DNA of 63,712 nucleotides, counting the filler, from Reticulomyxa filosa (lineage: Eukaryota; Protista; Foraminifera), in assembly GCA_000512085.1 (NCBI GenBank). It is 20 parts of 20 records of this genome, joined end to end, with 100 filler letters (N's around TTAATTAATTAA, not from the genome) between each part and the next. Parts side by side here need not be neighbours in the genome. Positions count along the whole stretch, not along the records: positions 34,857 to 39,976 come from ASPP01024651.1; positions 40,077 to 44,248 come from ASPP01007082.1; positions 44,349 to 50,134 come from ASPP01046381.1; positions 50,235 to 52,872 come from ASPP01013517.1; 16 more parts are not named here. One strand, written 5' to 3'. Of this stretch, positions 38,971 to 51,310 are shown one piece after another; the stretch's first letter is position 1, and the number at the start of each line of letters is the position of its first letter. Below the pieces are notes generated by a model. The model was not told the origin of the DNA. It ran no database searches and saw nothing but the letters and a program-made list of their open reading frames with translations. The position numbers were made by a program, and so were the translations under genes.

Positions 38971-39976
38971 GTGACAACTACAAATGAAAAGGAGGAGGGA
39001 ATGTTTGCTAAAATGAGCAAACGACCATTACAAACTAAACAAATGAAAAAAAAAACAAAAAAAACAAAAAAAACAAAAAAAGAAAACGATGACTTCTACA
39101 CATCAGTGTTCAAGACACTAGGTGGGAACGATAGAACGAACACAACTTTGCAGGGAGGACAAGTGTTTGAGTTCTTCAAGTCATCGCGACTGAACAGGGA
39201 CGTGTTGGCCGGGATATGGGACGAGGCGACTCAGAGACAGCCCGGGGGTTTGAACAGCGCCAAGTTCAAAGTGGCATTGCAATTGATTACCTTGGCACAG
39301 CACGGCATTCCTCCGAAGTTGGCGAACTTGAGCGATAAAACGCCACCTCCACAATTGCAATACCCGCCGATTCAAGGTCAGCAGTTGTCTTCGGGCGTGG
39401 TTACGCCAAGTGGAGGAGTAGGTGTTACCAAAAACGTCGGCGTATACCCCACCGCTCCATCGACTACAGGAACAGCAACGACAACGACACTTACCCCGAC
39501 GACAGGACAGCATACAACATCGACATCAATCATACCCACGTCAACGGCAATACCAACAGGGGCAACAGCAAGCAATAAAGCACAGACAGACCCCTTCAAT
39601 TGGCTGAGTGAGAAAACGGGGGAGATAAAAACAGGCAGTACGTCGAGTTTGGTATCTTCCAATGACGTCATACGAGGACAAGGACAAGGACAAGGACAAG
39701 GACAAATGGATCTGTTTGGACACATAAGTCAAGATAGCCAATCTAACGTATCTGTCGATTGGACAGTAAGTGGAGTAGTGGGAGGAGGGGGGGTAAGTCA
39801 ACCCCAATCGAAGCGCGAATCCCCGGTGTTGGGATCAGCGAATCCTTCGACGTGGTACGCATCGAAGAGAGCATCGACCAAGACATTGCCTTTTATGCAA
39901 GATGACAATCCATTGTCTCCTTCATCATCACCACAAGTGGGATCATCAGGAGTAACAGGAGGAGTAACAGGAGGAG
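38971..39976 (+). CDS. EH-domain (Eps15-like) endocytic protein, 3'-truncated
   Basis: FYTSVFKTL...LQGGQVFEFFKSSRLNRDVLAGIWDEA...GLNSAKFKVALQLITLAQHG, followed by a T/S/G-rich region with a DPF motif. Confidence 0.8.
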
Positions 39977-40076
39977 NNNNNNNNNNNNNNNNNNNNNNNN
40001 NNNNNNNNNNNNNNNNNNNNTTAATTAATTAANNNNNNNNNNNNNNNNNNNNNNNNNNNNNNNNNNNNNNNNNNNN

Positions 40077-40083
40077 AAAAAAC

Positions 40084-40118
<35 letters not shown>

Positions 40119-41003
40119 GGTCAAAACACAAACTTGGATTCGCTTTGGCAGACAATTGCTCCTCTTGCGTAACGTGAGCGCCACTTAAAAAACCAAAGAC
40201 TGCAAAGAGAGTCTGGACCGACTCGGATTGGAGAGTGACATCGTGAGGGGTGAAATTCGAGCCGATCAGATTTAGCAGCAATTCCACAGTCGTTTCCGTC
40301 ACCATCACATTTGTGCTACTTTCATACGGCATTCGGCAGAGCCAACGCGGTAAATACATCGTTCGAAATGATTCAACATTTGGCATAACAGCTCGACATT
40401 TGGTCCTTTTATTATATAACATACATATTTATATATTTTTATATAAATGCATATAGTACATAAATATTGTTATGTACGTATACAGAGATGCATGTAAATT
40501 TATTTTTTTAGTAAGTATGTGAGAAAGAGAGAAACCAGAATAAAATAAGCAACAATTGGACTCGCAAGTCAGGTAGTCTCCACGGTGGATTAGTAAATTT
40601 ATCTTGAATGGATTGACTCGTCGAGGTTGAGGCATTAGTGGAATCGGTTTTCTTGTTTGCATCCTGATCTTGCAATGGAACGTAGTCGCTGAGTGTGTAA
40701 AAGCAATTAATCAACGAACTTTGTAAGATTGCAAACTTCAATTGAAAGTCTTGGATTTGTTGGTTCTCTTCACTCGTGTGCAGCAGCGATTGGATGTAGC
40801 GACGGTTGTAATCATCCATGCATTGATAGATATAAAGCATTCCCCGTAGATTTTCAAAGTCATGTTTGTTCTCCTTGTCTGTTCCTCCACTACTCAAATA
40901 TTGCAAATGCTTTGGAATCAATTTTGGATACGTCGCGAACAAATATTTTATCATCAATTCGGTATTGCTATTGCTACGGCTTCCTTGAGACGAGCTGTTA
41001 TTA

Positions 41004-41070
<67 letters not shown>

Positions 41071-41446
41071 CTACTGTTAATGTTGTCGACATATGCAATC
41101 CTAATGCAATTCGTAATAATACTTGGCCTACATTAAACACATCATCACAGCTATGAGTCAATAACTGCACACATCGGTGTGATAGTTTCACAAACTCGGA
41201 TACATTTTTCTCTCGTGCATTGCTTCCACTTGCTGTTGTGGATAACGCATTTATAAATGACGGCTGGTTCACGATTTCATCAAACTTTGTAAGGAAAATC
41301 TTGTCTTTACTTGTTAGCGTTGATTGCACTTTCAACAGTCGGTCAATCACTAATATTAAAACTGAAATTTGTGATGTTTGATTCAATGTACCTTTAGAGG
41401 GTGTTTCTTTCACCTGGGAGATAGGTCCTTCACCGGACATATTCAA
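40077..41446 (-). CDS. Hypothetical helical protein with poly-N tract, 3'-truncated
   Basis: 312-aa ORF plus a downstream exon at about 40115-40400. No family recognised. Confidence 0.55.
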
Positions 41447-41964
41447 ACTTATTCTTTATCTCCCTTTTTTCCCCTCCGTCCCCTCCCTTTCACTTCAAAA
41501 CGTTTATACATTTTCTTAGATTAAGAACACTGGCACATGTAGACTCCATTTGCCAGCCCGCTGATTGTACAACAGTTTTCTGGGTTTTAGTTTTGCTTTT
41601 TGTCCTACAGCTCAAGAAATTCATTTCTTGTTCTCATTCTTTTCCGCTGGAACACTTTGTTTAAATTTCTACTTTAACAGTTCTAAAAATCTTGATGCCT
41701 TTATTGTATAATAGATTTAAGCAGATGTAGTTAAAAGATTTGTGGATGAATTAAATAAACACACACAAAAACATTATACAAATTCCAACATTTGCTAATT
41801 TCGGGCGAAAATTATAAAAAATGTTACGACAGTTTATAGCACTTGGTTTATTCATTTGAAAAAACCATCTCAAATTTCAACAAAAGCACCTTGTTGCTTT
41901 GCACGAACAATAAATATGAAAAAAAGAAAGAGGATTAAAAACAACATTGGCAAGAAGTCATTTT

Positions 41965-43775
41965 TTAGAATCTCGTGTCATATTTAGAGCTCAAGCCTTC
42001 GAAATAGGGATGTTTCAAGGCTTGTTTTGCAGTGATGCGTTTGGCAGGGTTCATGACGAGGAGCAACTAAAGTTTGAGAAACAAAGAAACAAATAAAATA
42101 AGCTTTGAAAAACGAAAAGCAAAGAGAAAGAGAGAAAGAGGGATGCACTACATACACTAAGAAGCGAACGACCATATTCGCACAACGAGGGTACAATCTC
42201 GCTCCAACTCATGGCTTTCCACTTTGGAAACTTGTCTTGAAAATCATCCAACAATTCAATTCCCGGCCAGCTTTCTTTGGTCGGAGTTCCTAAAGTTCTT
42301 GATTGCGTGTTCCATTTTTTTGTCGGACCAACAAGCAAGCAAGCAAACAAACAAACAAACAAACCTTACTACAATACATAGTTAAGTTACTAAAAGTATT
42401 GGAGAGACACAATGGAGATTACTAATTTTGGCAACATAAAAAATAAAATAAAATAGTTGATGTTTGGTTTGCACTTGAAAATATGCATAAGTTGACAAAT
42501 TTGAGAGTCACCATGGAACAAAGGTGTGCCATTGACAAGCTCAGCAAATATACATCCAATCGACCACAAATCCACTTCCAACGAATATTTGTGGCATCCA
42601 AGCAATATCTCCGGGGGTCTATACCATAGTGTGATGACTTCGTGTGTCCAAGACTTGTTCGGCAGTCCAAACGCACGTGCCAGTCCAAAGTCGGCCAGTT
42701 TGAGGACTCCGTTTTCGTCTATTAGTATATTTTGTGGTTTCAAGTCTCGGTGCAATACACGGCTTTGGTGACAATACGCTATCCCTTGCAGCATTTGATA
42801 CACGTAAGACTGGTCAACAAACAAAACAAATAAAATAAAGCCAACAAAATTTATTTTTTATTCATCTCTTCCTCTTTCCCCCCCCCTCTATCTTTATGTT
42901 GCCGTTTTTGCTTTGTCATCAAATCACACTTGTTCTTCACGACAAATATAACAACAATTAAAAAAAAAATTATTGTTTAAATTAAATAATGTTGTCTTTT
43001 TAGTTGTAAAGTTTACCCCCTTTTTTTTTTTTTTTTGTTTGTTTGCTATTTAATATGTTTTTGATGACTCCGTGTTTTTTTGTTAACACTCAAAGCTATC
43101 ACATTTATAATTGCAAGCAAATAACAAGACTACATTTCAAAGGGGAAAAAAAAAAATGTATATTGTTATGAAGAAATTATAAACTTTAATAGTGTTCGAT
43201 CCCAATTTTTTTTTGTTCAGGTCCAAGTGTTTCTTCAAATCATTTTGTAAATATTCAAAGACCAAGTACAATTGAGAACGACTAAAAATCACTTGTTGGA
43301 TTCTTTTTTTTTTTTTTTGATGTTTATATTATTTTTTTTTTTCAATGACAGGTTTTTCGGTTTTTTAGAAATTGTTTCCAAGAGAGGAAAATGAATAAGA
43401 GAAACACGTTGTTATTGTCGACTATGATAACTTACTGGACAACATTTGGATGATGCAACTCTTTTAGCAAAGATACTTCTCTAATTGCAGTGGAAGGAAT
43501 CCCTTCGTCTTGGTCTGTACGACGGAAAAATTTTATAGTAACATAATTTTTTTTCCAACTCAGAGTTTGTGCAAATTAGTTTGGCGTAATTAAACAATTT
43601 TTTTCTTGTGTGATGTTTAAACATTCCAAGCAGTACCATTAAAAAATATTTTCTTTAACGCTACAAATTTGTTGGTTTTCAAGTCCACTGCTTTGAACAC
43701 TACACCATAGGTACCTTCCCCGAGCTTCTCTAGTGGTTTATATTTTTCTATTCCTTTGCAATCTGCTAGCAACAT
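41965..43775 (-). CDS. cdc2: Cyclin-dependent kinase, CDK1/2 (cdc2) type, 6 exons
   Basis: [84 protein letters not shown]. Confidence 0.95.
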
Positions 43776-44647
43776 TTTGTGTTCCTCTCTGAACTTCAGT
43801 AGAAAATGTCACCAAACAAAGATTTAAAAAAAAAAAAGAGTAGAAGTTCTCAACTTCTTCTGTTTGTTTTTGTATGGTTTTAAGGCATTACCAACAGTAG
43901 CAGCAAAAATATCAAAGAAAAAGCCGATTATTTGGATATTCTTGGCAACAAGCTTTACAAAATTAAAGGTGAATGATAAATTTTGGATTCAATGTTTTAG
44001 TGTTTGTTCGAATATCAAAAAAATTTTAAAGCATACAGCACAAAATAGTGTTGCAATAGAGCCTCTTTTCACGCTATTTCTTTTTTTAAAATAAAAATAT
44101 TCACAAGCCAAGGTGCTTATCTTTTTCATCACTTAAAATGTAGTTTCATTATACGACCAAAAAGATGTAGAGATACCATAAGTGTAATACGAAAGGCGTA
44201 CCCTTTTGTAGGGTAAAGCCCTATTATACAAGTTCAAATAAAGGAACTNNNNNNNNNNNNNNNNNNNNNNNNNNNNNNNNNNNNNNNNNNNNTTAATTAA
44301 TTAANNNNNNNNNNNNNNNNNNNNNNNNNNNNNNNNNNNNNNNNNNNNTTGCATTCCTCTTGCAAGTTGTCGTTGTTTCTGCCGTTTGTAATGTGTTCAC
44401 AATATTATTACCACAACATCGACGAGATAATGGATAAAGATACAAGAAATAAAATTATCATACATTTGAGTCATTCGCTCCTTTTGCTCGAGCTCTTTAA
44501 TGCTGTTCATCGACATCCAATAATCAGGCCAATGACATATATACACATTTATATGTATATAAAACTACGCTGTTGCAATTAATGTTTGCAAATGTTCAAA
44601 CAAAAAACACAACTTTGCCACTTGCTTTCTCATTCGATTCAATCGAA

Positions 44648-45419
44648 TCACTGTGATTGTGTCAATATGAAGGAAGAAGAGGAGAAGGGGAAAAAAAAAT
44701 TAAAGAGAAAGACAACCCAATAACAACAACAAAATAGAGTGGCTCGGAAATATGTGCCAACTAACTTTTTGTAGCTAACTACTTTTACTCCAATTTTTCT
44801 AAATTCACGCAAACACAAACATATTTTTTTGCACAGAAGCAACATTTGTTTTTGCAAGTGATTTAACCTCTTTTTTGTGGAGTTTTGTGTTTCATAGGAA
44901 ATTGGCTCATTCTTTCCATTTGCTTCACGTTTTGGCACTAAGTTTTGTGTTTCACTGTTATATCATACATACATTACCATTTTATATATTTATATATATT
45001 ACATATACACATATGTATATTAATGCAATACATTTGAAATTATTTTCCTTACAAAAGAGAGTCCAATTCATACCTAGGCGAATCTGTTGTATGCTTTTTT
45101 GCGTTTAAAAGCTGTGACTGTGTTTTTATGTATGAATGCTTGCAAACTTTTTTTAATTAATGGAAATAAAAAACAAAGTCATTGATGAATTGTTATTTGC
45201 TTCCAGATTGTCATATATTCTTTTTTTTCTATTTCTCTTGATTAACCAATATAATCCGCACAATAATAAGGCAAATACAATATTTGCATAGCGCCACCAT
45301 CGTCTTGCTGCTGAGTTCCACTCCTTTAAGAAACTGGAAACTGCAACATACCCAAGAACGGATGCGACCATCCAAGAAAGACAAATGTAGCATATTATGT
45401 CTCTATATAGGCTTGACAT
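44648..45419 (-). CDS. Small hypothetical protein with two N-terminal TM helices
   Basis: ORF 45153-45419 has two hydrophobic stretches followed by a basic patch. Further probable exons lie toward 44648. Confidence 0.35.
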
Positions 45420-45965
45420 CTTTGAAAATAGCCTTTGTTATTACAATTCCAAAAAAACCTATTTTTCCTTTGTCTCAACATCTTTCGCTCACTCTCTTTT
45501 GGACTTGTCTAGTTTTGTTTTGATTATTATATAGGCAATATTTTGACTGTATCTCCTCCTTGAATTTTAAGTATTTTGTAGTAGCTGACAATTATATAAG
45601 AAATATTGTCGTAGTGAAATAAGGAAAAGCAAGTTGTAAATTTGCAATTTTATATGTGAATTTTTATGATTGAATAAAAGTTATAAAAGTGCTATCATCT
45701 TTCAAATACTTCACAACTCTCACTAATTCATAAATAACTTTATTTTTAACAATGGCGTTTGTTCTTTTCTTTTGAGGAAGTAAAGCTGTACCAAGTCTTT
45801 TTGAAAAAAACTAATTACCCCATAATTCCAATAGACAAGATGACGTCAAGACAAAAGTGCGATTATGGCTACATCAAGGCAAAACTAAAACATTAGCACA
45901 AGAATCACAAAGGCCTTGGAAACGTTGTCGTCAGCAAAAGAGGAAGCAGCGGATAAAATCTCGAG

Positions 45966-46691
45966 TTGTCGATGTGTCTCTGGTCCAAAGACCAGAACTT
46001 AACGTTGACCAAAGAAAGCACCCGTTGGCGAGTTCTTACGCGTGGTGCGCTTAGCATTAATGGAGAAGTTTTAGAACCTGCGAATGATACAACAAGGCGC
46101 TGCTTAACGAAAATATTTGGAAAAGATAATTTCCATCGTCGCGTCCTTGCTTGTACTTACCACGCCCTAAGAATAAACAAATTATTATCAGGTGCCAGAG
46201 CATATAGGTAAGACGACGATAATTAAAAAACAAACAAACAATGTGCGCAACTATGTATAAGTGGTTTTTGAGAATTATTTTTTTTGGGTATCTCGGTTCT
46301 CTTTTTTTCTCGCGCCACCCCTCATTATGTCCCCTTTCAAAAAAAAAAAAAGTTTTGTTTGTGAAATGAAATCTAGATTACAAACCAGAATGATATATCC
46401 TTTGGAATAAACATTGGCCAGGTCTTATTTTATTTCGTTGGTCTTTTTCGATACAAACTGGTGGCCCATAAAAAAGTGCGGTTGAAGCCTTCAATTATGG
46501 GCATTTATTTCTCGGAACAGAAGAATTTTTTGGAGATTACACTTTCCGGCCGCATGACTTTTTTGAGAGGCGATGACATGCTTTTTAGTGGTCTCAACAC
46601 AAAGGGGGTCAACAACATGATGTTGAGAACCACCAAGAACTTGCCGTTCACTCAATTTAAAGGCACGGTGCAAGTGTGTTTAATGAATTAA
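45966..46691 (+). pseudogene. Possible decayed RNA-dependent RNA polymerase (RDR-gamma/QDE-1-like) fragment
   Basis: TTRRCLTKIFGKDNF...LLSGARAYR|FCFVK* loosely resembles T.L..VLG.DN...G.RRY.F..K. No DxDGD motif is seen and stops are present. Confidence 0.25.
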
Positions 46692-47142
46692 CTTTTTTTT
46701 TATGCATTTCTAAATGCGAATTTTTTTTTTGACGAACAAAATACAAAATGCGAAAATTCTGTGCAAATAATCTATTCATCATTACCAATTAATTGTTCAA
46801 GCTATTTTCAAAAAGCAATTTCACAAACAACCAAAAGTTTTTGACAATGTTTGCAGTTGAGCTTCTATTTGTTTTCGAACCTTTACAAGTAAAAAAAAAC
46901 AAACAGACATACAAAAATTTAACAGCTAATTTGCCATTTGTGTAAATCGATGATGCAATCCAACATTGTCATTACGTCACTACACATCGTTCGCAATCAA
47001 TTAGCATCATACTGTAAAACACATCCAACCCGCAAGTTTCTGGTCGTATACACCATGTTTGAGCTATTTCAACTTCTGCATGCAACATGCTCAAAACCTC
47101 CACACATCATTGCTCCTGAAAACAGGTACATATCGCATCAAC

Positions 47143-47512
47143 ATCAATTTAATTCTTTTATTTTCCCTTTAAAATCACAAGTTATTTTTTCATTTCTATT
47201 TTCTCTTAGCTGTTACCCTTGAGTAGTTGTTTGTTGAAATTGTAATGGGCACATAACAAGTAAATCACCAATAAATAGTTTAGCTAATTTGCTTGAAGAA
47301 TACAAACATCAATTGTGATGATGAATAGGACAAGAGTCAGTATTATCACGCAAGAATTTCTTCAAACAATTTGCTCCAACAACAAGATATTCATTGTTGA
47401 GCACAACATATTTCAATAGGATTCCTGGAAACTTGTTTAAAGATAAAATAAATAAAATGATTAATTTGTTTTTGTTGATTCAATTGAAAAAATCATTCTT
47501 TATTGAAACAAA
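47143..47512 (-). pseudogene. TRAF-like RING/zinc-finger family pseudogene
   Basis: CFNKE*FFQLNQQKQINHFIYFIFKQVSRNPIEICC...VVGANCLKKFL...SCPIHHHN*C...LLVMCPLQF...CDFKGKIKELN*, with stops and lost Cys. Confidence 0.7.
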
Positions 47513-47779
47513 AATTTTCCAGAGAAACTAGAGATAATCTAGTTTCTATTTCTCTTTCGGTTTCTGTGGTTCCAAATGGCTGTCATTATGTTTTTGTTTC
47601 TCGTCAGCCACGTCATCCAAATCATTGCTTACTCGGACATAGGCATTGCATCAATGTTTAATCAATATGACCTATACACATATACATATATATCAAACAC
47701 ACATATTATACAACATTTTATTTTTTAATAATAATAATAATAAACCAAAGTGTAAAATTTAATCATGTAAGAATTCAAT

Positions 47780-50134
47780 ATATCTTTCAAGTCCATGAGC
47801 TCTTGTTCCAATGTCTTAACAAAGAGTCTGTTTGAATGGATAAACTCATTTACGACGTACATTTCGTCTTCGACATTTTGTAGAATTTTCATTATCTACT
47901 GTGTGTTATGTATGCATATGTTTTTTTAAATAATTAAAAAAATGAAAACATAAATCACAATTTTAGTGAATAAGCTTGCCCAACTCACTAATTTGCTATC
48001 GACTTTCGTGATTGAGTTAGTCTCAAATGATCTTTGGGATGTCTTTGTCAATATATGCGGTGATGTTGTCAAACAAGCTCATGGTTTTATGAACTGCCTT
48101 AGTCTGAGTTCGCAACAGCGTGGAGTTCCAACTATTCAATTTGCGCGCTACAAGTTTCGATTTGTTGGTCTTTGAAGTGCAAGTTGTCTTTCATGTACTC
48201 GACTTCGGCATATTTCAATTTGTATAATCCTTTCATTTGGCGATAGAGTTTCTCCAATTTGGCGACGTAGTGCGTGTTGGGTTCAATTATGTCACGGCCT
48301 TGCAGAATGGCCTCTTTCATTTCGTTCACCACATAGGTCAAATAGCTGACTTCATTTTCTATGTTCGTACAAAGCTCCTTCATGTCGTTGTACAACATGT
48401 TTCTCGAGCCTTCCAACAATCACGACTCAGTCAGCAGCGAGTGAATTTACGCAGTGCTATTTTTTACTTGTCCGAGTTTGTCGTCCAACTTTGGCAGGAA
48501 CTCGGTCAGTCTCTTTTGTGTCGTTGCCGTCGTCAATTCCCGAAGCTTGGTCGTTGTTGTCTTTGTTGACTCTAAGTCCATTAAATCTTCTACCCACGAC
48601 GGATCCGAGCGTCTGTTGGCCTTCTTTTCGTCATATCCTAGTGCCTTTGCCACCGACGAGGGAGTCAAGGGTTTCGTCGCTGTCGCTGTCGTCAAGGGAT
48701 CACTATTTTTGCCAGGTTTGGCCTCAGTTCTTCTTCTTGCGCTGCGTCCAAATCTCCTTTCGTAAGTTGCAATTCACGTTGCAAACGCTATTGTGCAAGT
48801 GCATCATCCAATTATTTGTATATTATTTAATTAATCAGATTGGATCAATGAATATAAAACAAAACAAAAAAGAAAAGTAATGGTAACCTCGTTTTTCAAT
48901 GGACTTTTCGACGTTTTGCATAACGGCGACGATGAGATTTTCTTGTGTGGGATAGATATATTCACGTGCAGATCGGAATTGATCCAAGATTTCTTCCATG
49001 CTCTCGTTGATGGCGTCATGGTCTCAAACTACCCAATCTGTTAAATCAACAAGTCGGCATTGTCTTGCTCTTTGCTCAGTATGTTGAACGTGCTAAAAAA
49101 CCGATCGTGCTTCAACTTCTTCTTTGCCAACATGTGTTCCTTTTGCATCTCTTTGTCGTCATCGTCATCGTCGTCGTCGTTTCGTTTTATTGTGGAAATC
49201 CATCTGTTTTTGATTTTGTACCCACATATGTGTTATATACATATATTTATATGTGCAAATATGCATGGTCAGTAAAAAAAGATTTCCACCCAAATCATTA
49301 TATATATTTTTTTATTTCATAAAAAAAAAAAATCACTTTGAATTTTTTTTAAAAAACCCCTTTTGACAATAAAAATTTGGTTCTTTTTTTTTAAAGTGTC
49401 GACAAATTGCAATTGATTATAATAAGTTTTTTTTTGAAAGAACGAAACTTTTTTCTTTGCAAATCTTTTTTTTTCTTTGGCAGTAAGGTACATGCTATTG
49501 TCATTGCTGGAACCTGCCGCCAATCCGTCATTTACCTTTCGTTCTTGTGCAGCTTCCAATGACTGTTTCATTTTTTCCATGACCAAGGGCGATATAATAT
49601 TTTTTGTATTGTGTTATTCTGTGTTACTATACATCAAAAAAAAAAGGGGGCATAAAAAGAGGGGGAGGCAAACACTTTTTTTTTTGAATAAAAGAAAAAA
49701 AAATAAATAAATGCAAAATACTCGGTACCGTTATTTACCAATATGACTTCTACTCCTCTCAATTGTAATTCATACTCTTCTTTCATTTGACCCATTTCTT
49801 GTTGCATTGAATCGATTAGGTTGACTTTTTCTTCCAATTCCCATTTTTTTTTAAGCTGCTTTTTTTTCCACTTTCCTTCACCATCTTTTTATGCCCCCTT
49901 TTTTTTTTACCTTCCAATGTCTTGATGGTGACCATCAACTGATTGAAATTCTTTTGAGTTTGTAACACTTTGTTTTGCATCAGACCCACGATATTGCGCC
50001 ACTCGTTCACATTGTTCTTTATCGTTAAATGCAAGTTTTCGTAATCAAGTTCACCTGCGTCTATCAAACGTAATTCTACTGAGGAAAGAAGAGGTTCGAT
50101 GTCGTCACTGTAGGTTTGCAAAAGTTCTTGAGAA
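47780..50134 (-). CDS. Multi-exon coiled-coil hypothetical protein, 5'-truncated
   Basis: A series of E/K/Q/L-rich heptad-like exons, e.g. LEEKVNLIDSMQQEMGQMKEEYELQL. Confidence 0.5.
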
Positions 50135-50673
50135 NNNNNNNNNNNNNNNNNNNNNNNNNNNNNNNNNNNNNNNNNNNNTTAATTAATTAANNNNNNNNNN
50201 NNNNNNNNNNNNNNNNNNNNNNNNNNNNNNNNNNTGATAAGGAAGTTATGTCATTTACATTTATTTGTGCTAACCTTGTTTTGCTCAAAAAAAAGAAATG
50301 CTGAAAAAAAAAATATCACGAACAATTGTGTGATTTAATAAAAGATACAAGTAGTTGCAGGTTCTTTGCAGTTCGGTAATGAAAACGAGACCAATGTTGC
50401 ACCCATGCTGCAACAAAACAATGTGGGCGATCCATTGGACATACTATCACTCTCACTGGTTTTTTGTGTTTCTCTATATATGGTAAATAAAATTTGTACA
50501 AATTAATTTGTGGTCGCTTCAGCAGGGTCTCGGCAATGGCAATGAAGGTGCTAACAATGATGAGGAAGTTTGTCATTTTTTTTTTCCTAACCTTGTTTTT
50601 TTTTCCCAAGTGTTCAAAACGATTCATCTTTTTTTTTAGAAAAAGGACGCACGCTCAAACAGCCCTGTCTCAA

Positions 50674-50779
50674 TGGTAGATCAAGAAAATGTGGGCAATA
50701 ACCGCACACCATCACCACCCTCACTGGTAGATCAAGAAAATGTGAGCAATAACCGCACACCCTCACCACCCTCACTGGT
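50674..50779 (+). repeat. 51-bp tandem duplication, in frame (VDQENVxNNRTPSPPSL x2)
   Basis: tggtagatcaagaaaatgtg..caataaccgcacacc.tcaccaccctcac starts at 50674 and again at 50725. Confidence 0.9.
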
Positions 50780-51049
50780 TTTGTTGTATTGATGAAAACA
50801 TAAAATTTGCACAGATCAATTTGTGTGTTGTTTTTTTTTATGTTGCTGTTTCGAACAGCCAAATTTGTCGTATGACAGCCAACGTTCATCGGTAATAATA
50901 AACAAAACATATCCTCAATTATGGGCTTGCCCCTGCTTTTTTTATTTTTTTAAAAAATGAGCCTTTGTGAACATAAAAAAAATAAGGGCAATGAAAGTGA
51001 TGACGAGAAGGACAGCAACACTAACAACATCGATATCACTGAAAGTCCT

Positions 51050-51310
51050 AACGCTGAAAGTACTAACAGCCTGGCACCAACAGTACCGGCACTAACAGTA
51101 CTGGCACTAACAATACCAGCATCGACATACCAGTATCGACAGCCTGGCAATACCAGCACTGAAAGTACCAGCACTGACAGCACTGGCACTAACAGTACCA
51201 GCACTAACAGTACCAGCACTAACAGTACCAGCACCTACAGTACCAGCACCTACAGTACCAGCACCTACAGTACCAGCACCTACAATACCGGTACCGACAG
51301 CACTGATAAC
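51050..51310 (+). repeat. 15-bp minisatellite (agtaccagcactaac variants) encoding STSTN/STSTY repeats
   Basis: Directly visible tandem units inside ORF 50957-51592. Confidence 0.9.
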
